A program made the translations under genes and the position numbers. Positions 19,760 through 29,619 of a DNA stretch of 64,000 nucleotides are shown here, piece after piece. Each line of letters opens with the position of its first letter. Positions within the stretch are counted from its first letter, which is position 1. The notes beneath the pieces were generated by a model. It worked only from the letters and a program-made list of their open reading frames with translations, was not told the origin of the DNA and did no database searches. The stretch is from an uncultured Thermoplasmata archaeon (lineage in GTDB: Archaea; Thermoplasmatota; Thermoplasmata; UBA10834), in assembly GCA_963719945.1 (NCBI GenBank), contig CAVRDX010000001.1, positions 224,001 to 288,000 on the forward strand. The letters run 5' to 3'.

Positions 19760-19851
19760 TGTGTGACAAGAAATGACAGGATATAAATAGTGTAGAAACA
19801 ATTATCGCGATCGGTTGGAGTTGAGCCCAACCATAGGGGGATTAAGTCAAA

Positions 19852-22800
19852 ATGTCTGGGGATATGAGTGATAGTGCACCTGCTGTTCAGCCACCATCAG
19901 AAAAGCCGATTTCTCCACCTGTGAAGAAAGGTGACAAGAAATTCTGGCTGATGATTGTTGCTATCATTGTCGCTATCGCGTTGATATCGACAACTGCGTA
20001 CGTTCTGCTTCTGCCCAAAGATGAGAAATTGATCGAACTCACTCTTGCATCTGAAATGGATCCTTCGGGAACCATCACGATAGATGCGGGTCGACCGGTA
20101 GACCTGTCCGTTACTAGTGTCTTGGCAAACGAAGACGAAGATATCTCTTTCGATGCTGACACCTGGACGAATGTCACCTATCGATGGTCCCGTTCTCCGA
20201 TAACTCTTGGGTCGTTCGACCTCCTTGCGAAGAGGACAGTCACATTCACAGCTGGAGATGCTGCCAATTCTGGAACGATCACATGCAACATCACCTTCGA
20301 TGATTCTGTTCGCGAAAGCCAGATGGTAACGCTTACTGCATCGATCGTCGTCAGTCCGCCATATCTCGATTCCATTGCTGTCACGCCTTCCGTGAAGACT
20401 CTATCATCTGATGAGCCATGGCCCTTCACGGCCACTGCGATGGATTCAGTGGGCGGCACAATGACTGGCGTGACTTTCGCATGGTCTGTCACGAATTTCT
20501 CCGATGAGGAGCACGATCTCAGTGCAATGACGGGATCGACCGTGACTTTCACGGGATTCGTTGAAGGCAATGCATCTCTGAATGCTACTGCCACTGTCGG
20601 CGGAATCTCGAAGACCGGTTCTGCACTCATTCAGATCGGTGGACCGGCTGAGAGATCTGTCGATTACTATTGGTACGACATGTTCGATGTGCCCCTTGGC
20701 GAGTGGTGGGACTTCCGTTGGGAGGTCTACGGCACTGAGGAGCCTTTGACCGACGAGTACCCCTACCTGTTCAAGTGGTATGGGAAAGAGGATGGCAACT
20801 TCTGGACCTATACCAACATGAGGCTGGACATAACGGGTCGCAACATGCCCGAGCTCAACATGAACGAGAACCCAGAGTTCCTGCCATACCTTGGCTCCAG
20901 CCGCGGCGGCACCGCAATCATAGACTGGTACATGCAGTATCTTACCGCTGACGAGATGAGCGCGTTCCCGGATGCCACGAGCGCATGGCTCGACGGTTGG
21001 GTCATAGCACTCAACGGAACCACTACTCTGGACCAACAGGCCGCAATGTCTGTGCTTGGAATCACATCCGAAGAACTCGGGAATTTCGCATCCTGGTGGA
21101 CGGCGAACAACGCGAGCGTCAACGCAGATTATTCGGACTGGATGAAATACGAAGCTGGAAGATACCGTCTTGACATCTACCCGATGTACGAGTATCCGTT
21201 CACACCTCTGACATTCAAGATATGGGCAGAGGAGGTCGGCAATTCGATCGTTCTGAATTACAACCTCGTCACATGGGGCATGGAAGCCCTGATGACCAGA
21301 TGGATGCACGAGGCCTTCATGGAGACGGAGTGGTACTTCGAGGACATGGATTTCCATGCGGTGATCGGACCTGAGGACGCCGACCTTGATGTCAGCACTG
21401 CTGTCGAGTATGCGATGTATGCGTACGAGACAACGCTTGAAAGTGAGCCATGCTGGATGTGGGAGGCGCTTGTACAGGATTATGTGGAGTCATCGCTCGC
21501 CCATCCGGTCTCTGATTATGATCTCTACGCCGATAAGGAATATCTGATGCTCTCTCCAGGGAGCCCGTTGTACGGGGACATGATGACGTATGACTACGCA
21601 CCAGGCGCATGGAACCTCACCGAGGGCGAGACGATATCCATCGAATGGCCATCGGACGATCAGCTCTTCCTGAGGCACGGGGGAGACTACATCGTGTACG
21701 AGGAATACGGATCCATGAGATGTGACTACTCTGAACCGATGTGGACGGACTTCTCTGATCTAATATCTGTAGATACTGCCGAGAGGGTGTTGACTTTCGA
21801 AGGCCCATTGGACGTCTGGACCTGGTCAAAGGACCAGACCGTTGACGAGAACCTCGCATCCGAATGGGATCGTCTTGGTATCCTTCCCTATGGTATGCCG
21901 ACGATCGAGTTCAGAATGGCCGGACCGCCTATGGCGTCATCATTCGATGTTGAACCATCGACTCTGGATGTCGAAGGCGGAACTCCTTTGAGCGTTACGG
22001 TAACGGTGAAGGACCAGTATGGTGAGGTGTATCCAGGATACGCCGGAACGATCGGATTCGAGAGCACGGATGAGCTCGCGACTCTTCCCTCAGATTATGA
22101 GTTCGTCGTAGGTGATGCTGGAGTCCGCTTGTTCACCGATGCGGTCGTGTTCAACACCGAGGGTGTCCAGACGATAACCGCGAGGGATTCGGTAGATTCC
22201 AGCCTATTTGGCGTCAGCGACGATATATCCGTCGCCGAGCCTCCGATGCCGACCTCCTTGCTGATAGAAGGCGTGACGAATCCGATATTGAAAGGTAATT
22301 CGTCGAACTTCACGGTGACAGTGCTTGACCAGTTCGGTGATCTGTATCCGGGTTATACGGGCGAGATAGAGTTCTCATCCAACGACTCATCAGCAGTGTT
22401 CACTCCAGCGACATATACGTTCGTGCCTGGGGACAGCGGCGTCGCGCCATTCACTTACGGTGTCGTGTTCAACACAGGTGGCGTGCACGATCTGACGGCT
22501 GTGGATACTTCTGATCCGAGCATTTCGGACTCTCTACTGGGCATAGTCGTCCTACAGCTGAAGCTGGTCGTATCATACGATCCTGTGGATGTGATCGCCA
22601 ACGAGACTGCGGTTGATGTCACGGTCGAGGTATTCGATCAGTATGATGACCCATTCATCGAATACATCGGGACGGTGGAGCTTACGAGCACCGATGGTCT
22701 GATATATATGCCCGAGTTGTCGCACGAGTTTGACCTGGCTGATGAGGGTGTTTACACATTCTCTGATATAGTCATGGGAATGCCGGGTACTCAGACGATT

Positions 22801-25392
22801 ACGGCTACGGATGCTAATGACGCCACTATCACAGGCTCGGTCGATGTGGATGTATCAGAAGAGGCTGTGGCATCGTCGTTCCGACTGACCGATCTGCCGC
22901 CGACCTGCAGGGTAGGCACCCCATACGACCTGACAGTGACCGTGCTGGATCAATATGACCGCGTTTATCCGGACTATCTCGGCACCGTGGATTTCGATAC
23001 CAACAGGTCTGGCGAAGTGACTCTTCCGTCTAGCTACGAGTTCCTTGTCGCAGATGCGGGAGTGCACCAGTTCGTGGACGGGGTCACCTTCACGGCCGTG
23101 AATACGTTCTCGATATACTGTACGGATTCGATTGACTCATCAATCACCGGCAGTGTCGATGACATATACGCCACGGATGTCGATATCGTGATATCGAAAT
23201 TCACGGTCGAAGGGATAACGGACATGTGGAACGGTAACACCTCCGATGTGACGGTGACTGCATACGATCAGTTCGATAATGTGTTCACGATCTATGAAGG
23301 GACGATCCATTTCATGGTCGACCCTGATGTGGGCACCATCTCGTTGCCTGCGGACTACAAGTTCCTGCTGGCCGATGAAGGCATACATACCTTCCCGGCT
23401 GCAGTGTCGTTCTCAGACCCGGATACGTACAATGTAAGCGTGCAGGATACCGTAGTCACGAGTGCGAATGGTTGGCAGGACGATATCGTCATATCGCAAG
23501 GTCCTTATGCTGCGAGGTTGGAGATATCAGGCGCTCCGTCCTCGGTTCCATCGGGCACATCGTTCACCGTGACGGTCACGGTCTATGATCAATGGGACAA
23601 TGTGTTCGAGGATTATGACGGAACGGTCGTGTTCTCGAGCGATGATACCGCAGCGACTCTACCTGATCCGTACCCATTCGAGCTGGTGGATGCTGGAGAA
23701 CACGAGTTCACAGACGAACTCATCCTCGTCACCGAGGGCGATCAGACAATCACGGTTGAGGACTCGGTGGATGCGGCATTGACTGATACCGTCGCCGTGA
23801 CTGTCACAGAAGCCGTCGTGAGATCGATGGCGTTCACGGTGTACGACATGCTCGCCGAGCCTTGGGGCGAATGGTGGGACGCACCCACCTGGGGTAGAGA
23901 GACCATGTATCAGGACAGCTTCGTCATAAACAGAGGCGAATACAACACGATGCTGTACCTACCTGGCTACGATGCCAAGATAGACAAGGTCGTTCGCACG
24001 CAGGGGATCATAATGGCTCCATATAGGATGTCGATGGAAGGACAGAACCTGCCAGAACTCGATGCCTCGAACCCGGTATTCATGCCGACCCTGGGATCAG
24101 GATCCAGCACGGGAGCTGCCGTTCAGCTCGATCTGTACTTCCAGTATCTGAGCACTGATTGGTGGGCGGATTACTGGGTCACCGAATGGGGCGACAACGC
24201 TAATTGGCCTGGAGACAGCGCTTTCCCAATGACATCCAGCGATGGATACGATGTGGGCACGAACATGACAGTGACGATGAACAGGGAGGCTGCTCTGCTT
24301 TGGATGGGCATCCCGAACGATTCGACCAACCCGCTGACCTGGTGGACTGCAAACAAGGCGACATACAAGACTGCATGGGAGACCTGGCTGAGCAATCAGG
24401 GCAACGTTGTATACGACATATACTGCGGATTCGAATGGACTATGGATTTCCGATTCGCTCCCTCGAATCCGTCGATGATGGATCTCTCCGTAGATGGTGA
24501 CGGCAACGTCGTCCTCAAGATCGGGGTTATCACATGGGGGTATGAAGTCCTGATGTGCAGGTGGCTCGATGCAGCTGGTCTGATGACTCACCAACCATGG
24601 TATGAGGACTTCTCGATGAGCGTGACGTATGGCGAGACCATGTCGAACCTGGTTTCGGATGCTGTCTGTCAATATAGCATGCATGCCGTGAAGGCAAACG
24701 GGACGACGGAGGATCCCGCCTGGGTATGGGAATCGGTCAGGATCGATTATATTGGGAGCTTCGGGGCTCATTTGATTTCTGACTATGACGACTACGTTGC
24801 GCTTTATTACCAGACCTGGAATGCTGGAGACAGCCGGTTCGGATACGACGCGATGTACGACACCGCCCCTGGCATATTCGACCTGAACGATGGCGAGCAG
24901 CTGATATTCCAGCTGTCCACAGAGTCGGATGTGATAGGCTATCTCGGGAAACATACGCCCAACTACGACGATGACTACCTTGACGTGATGTATTCCGATG
25001 ACCCGAGCGGCTTCGAGGCCATACAGCAGGACGGCTCCATGGAACTCGGCTACTACATCACGAACCCTGCCGATCCGCTGGACTTGATGTCCATGTACAA
25101 CCCGACGACGAAGACGTTGACCATCGATGGTGACAGCAGCTACGACTTCGACAATGTGCACTGGGGAACTGGTGCGCTGTACCACGGAGCACCGTGGATC
25201 GAGTTCAACATCGTGACTCCCAAGGCCGCGGTCGCCTCTGTGCCCATGACCGAGGTAGTCGAGTCAGAACCTGTCGCCGTCAGCGGGTCTTCGGGAGCCG
25301 CCGAGCTGTTGAGCCTTTGTGCCGTCGTCTCAGCTTCGATGATCGCGATTGCTGCGCTGGGATGCAACGTACGCAGGATCGAGAATGCCTGA
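19852..25392 (+). CDS. Giant cell-surface (S-layer/adhesin-like) protein with a duplicated unknown domain and six Ig-like repeats
   Basis: 1846 aa, acidic, N- and C-terminal TM helices, many NxS/T sequons, visible internal repeats; strong TATA and GGGGG SD. Confidence 0.85.
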   Translation: MSGDMSDSAPAVQPPSEKPISPPVKKGDKKFWLMIVAIIVAIALISTTAYVLLLPKDEKLIELTLASEMDPSGTITIDAGRPVDLSVTSVLANEDEDISFDADTWTNVTYRWSRSPITLGSFDLLAKRTVTFTAGDAANSGTITCNITFDDSVRESQMVTLTASIVVSPPYLDSIAVTPSVKTLSSDEPWPFTATAMDSVGGTMTGVTFAWSVTNFSDEEHDLSAMTGSTVTFTGFVEGNASLNATATVGGISKTGSALIQIGGPAERSVDYYWYDMFDVPLGEWWDFRWEVYGTEEPLTDEYPYLFKWYGKEDGNFWTYTNMRLDITGRNMPELNMNENPEFLPYLGSSRGGTAIIDWYMQYLTADEMSAFPDATSAWLDGWVIALNGTTTLDQQAAMSVLGITSEELGNFASWWTANNASVNADYSDWMKYEAGRYRLDIYPMYEYPFTPLTFKIWAEEVGNSIVLNYNLVTWGMEALMTRWMHEAFMETEWYFEDMDFHAVIGPEDADLDVSTAVEYAMYAYETTLESEPCWMWEALVQDYVESSLAHPVSDYDLYADKEYLMLSPGSPLYGDMMTYDYAPGAWNLTEGETISIEWPSDDQLFLRHGGDYIVYEEYGSMRCDYSEPMWTDFSDLISVDTAERVLTFEGPLDVWTWSKDQTVDENLASEWDRLGILPYGMPTIEFRMAGPPMASSFDVEPSTLDVEGGTPLSVTVTVKDQYGEVYPGYAGTIGFESTDELATLPSDYEFVVGDAGVRLFTDAVVFNTEGVQTITARDSVDSSLFGVSDDISVAEPPMPTSLLIEGVTNPILKGNSSNFTVTVLDQFGDLYPGYTGEIEFSSNDSSAVFTPATYTFVPGDSGVAPFTYGVVFNTGGVHDLTAVDTSDPSISDSLLGIVVLQLKLVVSYDPVDVIANETAVDVTVEVFDQYDDPFIEYIGTVELTSTDGLIYMPELSHEFDLADEGVYTFSDIVMGMPGTQTITATDANDATITGSVDVDVSEEAVASSFRLTDLPPTCRVGTPYDLTVTVLDQYDRVYPDYLGTVDFDTNRSGEVTLPSSYEFLVADAGVHQFVDGVTFTAVNTFSIYCTDSIDSSITGSVDDIYATDVDIVISKFTVEGITDMWNGNTSDVTVTAYDQFDNVFTIYEGTIHFMVDPDVGTISLPADYKFLLADEGIHTFPAAVSFSDPDTYNVSVQDTVVTSANGWQDDIVISQGPYAARLEISGAPSSVPSGTSFTVTVTVYDQWDNVFEDYDGTVVFSSDDTAATLPDPYPFELVDAGEHEFTDELILVTEGDQTITVEDSVDAALTDTVAVTVTEAVVRSMAFTVYDMLAEPWGEWWDAPTWGRETMYQDSFVINRGEYNTMLYLPGYDAKIDKVVRTQGIIMAPYRMSMEGQNLPELDASNPVFMPTLGSGSSTGAAVQLDLYFQYLSTDWWADYWVTEWGDNANWPGDSAFPMTSSDGYDVGTNMTVTMNREAALLWMGIPNDSTNPLTWWTANKATYKTAWETWLSNQGNVVYDIYCGFEWTMDFRFAPSNPSMMDLSVDGDGNVVLKIGVITWGYEVLMCRWLDAAGLMTHQPWYEDFSMSVTYGETMSNLVSDAVCQYSMHAVKANGTTEDPAWVWESVRIDYIGSFGAHLISDYDDYVALYYQTWNAGDSRFGYDAMYDTAPGIFDLNDGEQLIFQLSTESDVIGYLGKHTPNYDDDYLDVMYSDDPSGFEAIQQDGSMELGYYITNPADPLDLMSMYNPTTKTLTIDGDSSYDFDNVHWGTGALYHGAPWIEFNIVTPKAAVASVPMTEVVESEPVAVSGSSGAAELLSLCAVVSASMIAIAALGCNVRRIENA
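21937..23805 (+). repeat. Six tandem ~105-aa Ig-like repeats
   Basis: Consensus VTVTVxDQ[YFW]xxxxxxYxGTxxFxxxD...LP..YxF...DxGxHxF seen six times; boundaries approximate. Confidence 0.85.
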
Positions 25393-25454
25393 TGGAAATC
25401 GGCGTCTGTAAACCCCAGAAACCTCTTTCATTTCTCATTATTTCGTTTGATCTA

Positions 25455-27563
25455 TCACGATGAGGGCTGGTGCCTCTCGACAGGGAACAAGATGCAGAAT
25501 TTCGCTCCCAGTTCCGGCTTCCCTGGGACCCTGTCCTCCACCCAGATCCTACCCATGAATTTGTCAGTGAGTGCCCTGCAGATGGATAATCCCAATCCAG
25601 TGCCAGCCACCTTGGATTCGGTCTTCAAACGGACATACCTCTGGAATAGCAGATGTTTCTTGTCATCAGGCACCCCATATCCGTTGTCGATTATGCTGAT
25701 CCTCCAGCAGGGGGTATCATCTTCCAGGATCCTGGTCATATCCACGTCTATTTCGACATCTTCGTGCGGATCGTATTTGGCCGCGTTGTTGAGGAGGTTG
25801 ACGAACAGTTCCTCAATCAACAGATTTGCCCTCACATATCCGTGGTCGGGGATGTTCAACCGCACGCTGACAGTCTTGTCCGGCGAGGAACTTGAGATGC
25901 TTGATGCAACCTTCCTAAGGATGTCCGTTATATCGATAGGAGCGAAATCGTTTGGATCCATTATCCCGATCTTGGTGAGCTTCTTGACGTTGTCGATGAG
26001 CTTGGCGTTCTTCCTTATCAACTGAAGGGACTTGTCGAGGTATATGTGCAGCTCCTTCGGTAGGTTCTGGCTCTTGGCTGCTGTCTCGATGTAGTTCATG
26101 GTCGCGAAATTGTAGTTGTTGATGTCATGGAACATCAGGTCGTTGAGCAATTCGATCTCCTTATTCGCCTCTTGGAGCTTGGCTACCAGTTGGGCATTGG
26201 ACAGTGCCACGGAAGCCTGCTGAGCGAATAAGAGACCCGCCTCGAGGTCGCTCTGTGTGAATAATTCATCTCTATTGCGGTACAGTTCAAGAACCCCGAT
26301 CACACCGCTGGATCCAACCAGTGGGATAGCCATCATCGCGTCGTGTTCGAGTGGCATCCCGGGTATGGCTGCGGTCCTTGGGTCGGAATCGACATCATCC
26401 ACGAACTCCGCCCTCCCGGATTTCGCTACATGTCCTACCATACCTTCATCGAGTCCGCCAGGTGATGCCAGTATCTCTTCCTCATATCCGCCGACTGCAT
26501 AGACGGGGAGGACTAGTCTCCTCTGCCAATCGATTATGTAGAATGAGAGATCCTTGTATGGCACGATTTCCTTGATGAATGACGCGATCGCCGCATAGAT
26601 CTGCTCAGTTCCGATCGCCTTCTGCAATTCCACGCCCGATCTGATGAGGGTTTCCTGGAGTCGCATCTGCTTCTCTATCGAGTTGAACAGGATCGTGCTA
26701 TCGATCATGCCACCCAGAAGGTCTGCGACCATCTGCAGCGCCTCGGCTCTCTCCCAATCGTACTCCCCTTGCCTTGCATGCATCATGCACAAGGTGCCCA
26801 ATATCTTGCCTCGTGAGGTCAAGGGCACCGCCATCATCGAACTGACTTTGTTGGTCTCCATTATGCTGAACTCTGAGAACAGCTTTCTCCCGACGTCCTT
26901 CTCGACTATGATCGCATTGCCGCCGAACTTGAGCTTCTCAACCAGACTGCCTTCATATGGGACCTTGCCGAGAGACTTCGCCTTCTTTGGATTGTCGGGA
27001 TCCGGCACTATGACCTCCACATGCCTGTCCTTGTCCTCCATGACTCCAAGGGCGACCCTGTCGAAATCTACGAGCTTCCTGAATTCATCTGCGATGCTGC
27101 CCAGGACCGCTTTCACGTCGTTGTTGGTCCCTGCCAGCTTTGCGATCCTGTTGAGTATGTCTGATCTGAACGCCTTGTCTCGAAGGTCGCGTTCGACTCC
27201 CTTTCGTGTGTTTATGTCCCTCGCTACCCCTGCGATTCCTATTTGGACACCTTTATCATCATGGATCATCGAGGCGGTGAGGGAGATTATCATTACCATT
27301 CCGTCCGCTCTACGGAATTTGATCTCATAATCCTGTATGGGGCTTCCCTGTTCTAGCAATGATACTAGAGCCTTCCATTCGAGCTCTCTGTCTATGATCT
27401 CTCTGCCGAGGTTGAGAGACTTTATCTTACTCTTCGGGAAACCTGTAAGAGTCGCGAATGCGGGGTTGGAGTAGAGAATCTCCCCAGACTTGCTACTGAC
27501 GAAAATACCGTCAAGAACACTCTCAGTGAGGATATTCTTATCAACCTCTTGGCCGGTCTGCAT
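25455..27563 (-). CDS. Cytoplasmic PAS-GAF-GAF sensor histidine kinase
   Basis: PAS (SNPAF..LTG), two GAF-like domains, H box FHDINN, N box NLLNNAAKY, DNGYG and GTGLGL. ORF could start at 27635. Confidence 0.93.
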   Translation of the reverse strand: MQTGQEVDKNILTESVLDGIFVSSKSGEILYSNPAFATLTGFPKSKIKSLNLGREIIDRELEWKALVSLLEQGSPIQDYEIKFRRADGMVMIISLTASMIHDDKGVQIGIAGVARDINTRKGVERDLRDKAFRSDILNRIAKLAGTNNDVKAVLGSIADEFRKLVDFDRVALGVMEDKDRHVEVIVPDPDNPKKAKSLGKVPYEGSLVEKLKFGGNAIIVEKDVGRKLFSEFSIMETNKVSSMMAVPLTSRGKILGTLCMMHARQGEYDWERAEALQMVADLLGGMIDSTILFNSIEKQMRLQETLIRSGVELQKAIGTEQIYAAIASFIKEIVPYKDLSFYIIDWQRRLVLPVYAVGGYEEEILASPGGLDEGMVGHVAKSGRAEFVDDVDSDPRTAAIPGMPLEHDAMMAIPLVGSSGVIGVLELYRNRDELFTQSDLEAGLLFAQQASVALSNAQLVAKLQEANKEIELLNDLMFHDINNYNFATMNYIETAAKSQNLPKELHIYLDKSLQLIRKNAKLIDNVKKLTKIGIMDPNDFAPIDITDILRKVASSISSSSPDKTVSVRLNIPDHGYVRANLLIEELFVNLLNNAAKYDPHEDVEIDVDMTRILEDDTPCWRISIIDNGYGVPDDKKHLLFQRYVRLKTESKVAGTGLGLSICRALTDKFMGRIWVEDRVPGKPELGAKFCILFPVERHQPSS

Positions 27564-27790
27564 CTGCGCCCCCGAAGGAAGCCTCCACTCTTGGTTGGAG
27601 TGCATCCTTGCTAACCTACAGGAGTTCAGCCTCATAAAAAAGTTGTGCGCTGATTAACGGCCATGATATTGACTTAGAGTTTCTGAATCGTTTCATGAAA
27701 ATGGCTGGGTCTGCGATACTGACGTCACCAATGCCAAATGATATCTGGCCAATAGCCTATTCCCCTACGGTATTCATTATGAGCGCGAAG

Positions 27791-28042
27791 ATGCACAAGA
27801 TCTTCATGACTCGGTGCGATCTGAGGGAATCACGCATGGTCAGTGCGCCTGACTGCAACAGATGTTCTCGCGGTAGCGTCGTCGATAATGGGTCTAGGGT
27901 GCTTTGCGCAGGAATAACGAAATTCTTCACGGTCCCTTGCTACTTCGAAATGAAGTCGTCCTCTTCGGTCATCGAATGTCTGCGTTGTCCGCATGGCGAG
28001 GTATCTCAGGACCGTCTGCGAGTGTTCTGCGACAGCGTTTGA
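27791..28042 (+). CDS. Small Cys-rich protein with two tandem C-x12-C-x2-C-x13-C repeats (putative metal-binding)
   Basis: Two ungapped 37-aa repeats share all four Cys plus K, F, S, R, G, V and RV. Start could be 27779, 27791 or 27806. Confidence 0.7.
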   Translation: MHKIFMTRCDLRESRMVSAPDCNRCSRGSVVDNGSRVLCAGITKFFTVPCYFEMKSSSSVIECLRCPHGEVSQDRLRVFCDSV

Positions 28043-28145
28043 ATTCTATGGGCTCGGACACCCTCATCTTTTACTCACTGGCGAAACCGAATCAACAGTA
28101 TTATATAAGCTGTCAAGGCATACTTACGATGGATGGGATGCTCGT

Positions 28146-28721
28146 ATGGTGTCCATACTTAGCTCAGGCACCAGTTTATCGAACGATATACGAACCGGCA
28201 ACGTCTACCTCGTGGAGGAGCGCCGGCCGAAGCTGAGCTATGAGCTTTTCGAGCATGCCCTGTCGTCGGGCTGCAACGGTATGATAATGACCCGCGAATT
28301 CCCCAAGAAGCTGCTAACTGAGAAGGAATTGGATAGCTGCAAACTCATCTGGCTCACCAACCTTGTCGGGGATGGACGAGTGAACCCGACCGCGATAGGC
28401 ATCCTGATGAGTCAGGTTCGATCTTTTATCGAAGGTCAGCCGAAATCCGTGGTAATGATCGATGGTCTGGAGTACATGATCTCACTCAACACCTATGACC
28501 GCATGCTCCAGTTCATGCATCAGCTCAGAGATCTTGTCGTCACGAACGAGAGCATCCTAGTCGTACCTATGGATCCAAGGACGGTGACGGAGAGGGAACT
28601 CGCACTGCTTGAACGGAATCTAGAGGTGCTCGTGCCCAGGGTCGATGCAGAGCTCACGGAGGAGCCTATGATCAACGCAAGTACGGGCGAGATCAGGCTC
28701 CTCGATGTCGGTAACAGATAG
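28146..28721 (+). CDS. Stand-alone DUF835 protein (inactive KaiC/RecA-like domain)
   Basis: YLVEE, MTREFP, IWLT, NPT, VMIDGLEYM and ELALLER; TTATATAA upstream supports the 28146 start. Confidence 0.88.
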   Translation: MVSILSSGTSLSNDIRTGNVYLVEERRPKLSYELFEHALSSGCNGMIMTREFPKKLLTEKELDSCKLIWLTNLVGDGRVNPTAIGILMSQVRSFIEGQPKSVVMIDGLEYMISLNTYDRMLQFMHQLRDLVVTNESILVVPMDPRTVTERELALLERNLEVLVPRVDAELTEEPMINASTGEIRLLDVGNR

Positions 28722-28760
28722 GCGACTTTTTAATTACAAATCCTTTCGAGGAATGATTTA

Positions 28761-29498
28761 TCAGCCTTTTTTTGGTTGAATTATGAAAAATCCTTCGAAC
28801 CAATGGATCAGGTGTCCGACATCCTGGAAGACTGCTATGCTTCCGGCCTCCCTTAATATGTCCTCCGGCACATCGCCGGTCATAACAGAGATGAATGGAA
28901 CGCCCGCGTTCTTGGCACATTGGGCATCTATGACATGATCTCCGACGAATACAGTCTCGTCCTTCTCGATGCCAAGGGCATGAACCAGTCTTAGGTATGC
29001 ATCTGGGCTCGGCTTCGGCCTCGTGTCAGAGTTTCTGCATTCCAATCCATCGACCATTTCGATGAGACCAGTTCTCTCAAGGACATGTTCTGCATATTGT
29101 CTGCATCCTCTCGTCAGGATGCCTATCCTGACACCATTCGTTTTGAGCATCTTGAGCAGTTCGACCGCTCCTTTGATGGCAATCGTCTGATCCGCCCTCT
29201 CCATCTCCACCTGGTCCATTATGGCATCCAGTTCCGCAAGTCTGCTCCTGATTGCATTTTCGGGGACACTCGATGCTCTTTGATTCTCTTCGAACTGGCC
29301 CAGGATTGTTACGATGAGGTCGGAGGGGTCGTAATTGTCTCGATCCTCCCCGTATTCCGTTATCCTATCTATCACTAGTTTTCTGAACTTGCCGAAATCG
29401 ACTTCTGACTGCACGAGAGTATCGTCGAGGTCGAATATCACCGCTCTCAACGGTCTGGTGTCCTTCATGATGGGTTGACGGAATTCTCCTTGATTCAT
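28761..29498 (-). CDS. HAD family hydrolase (phosphoglycolate phosphatase-like)
   Basis: IFDLDDTL, ILTR, KPSP and VGDHVID motifs; its own TATA at about 29524-29531. Confidence 0.92.
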   Translation of the reverse strand: MNQGEFRQPIMKDTRPLRAVIFDLDDTLVQSEVDFGKFRKLVIDRITEYGEDRDNYDPSDLIVTILGQFEENQRASSVPENAIRSRLAELDAIMDQVEMERADQTIAIKGAVELLKMLKTNGVRIGILTRGCRQYAEHVLERTGLIEMVDGLECRNSDTRPKPSPDAYLRLVHALGIEKDETVFVGDHVIDAQCAKNAGVPFISVMTGDVPEDILREAGSIAVFQDVGHLIHWFEGFFIIQPKKG

Positions 29499-29619
29499 GG
29501 GGGTCCCCCAATCGGTCGTCGGAGATAAAACTCTATGGCCAGATGCTTCCAACCGATGTTATCACACATGATTCCTGGGGGAAAGGGTATATGAAAGGAC
29601 ATAGCCGATAAGGATTCAA

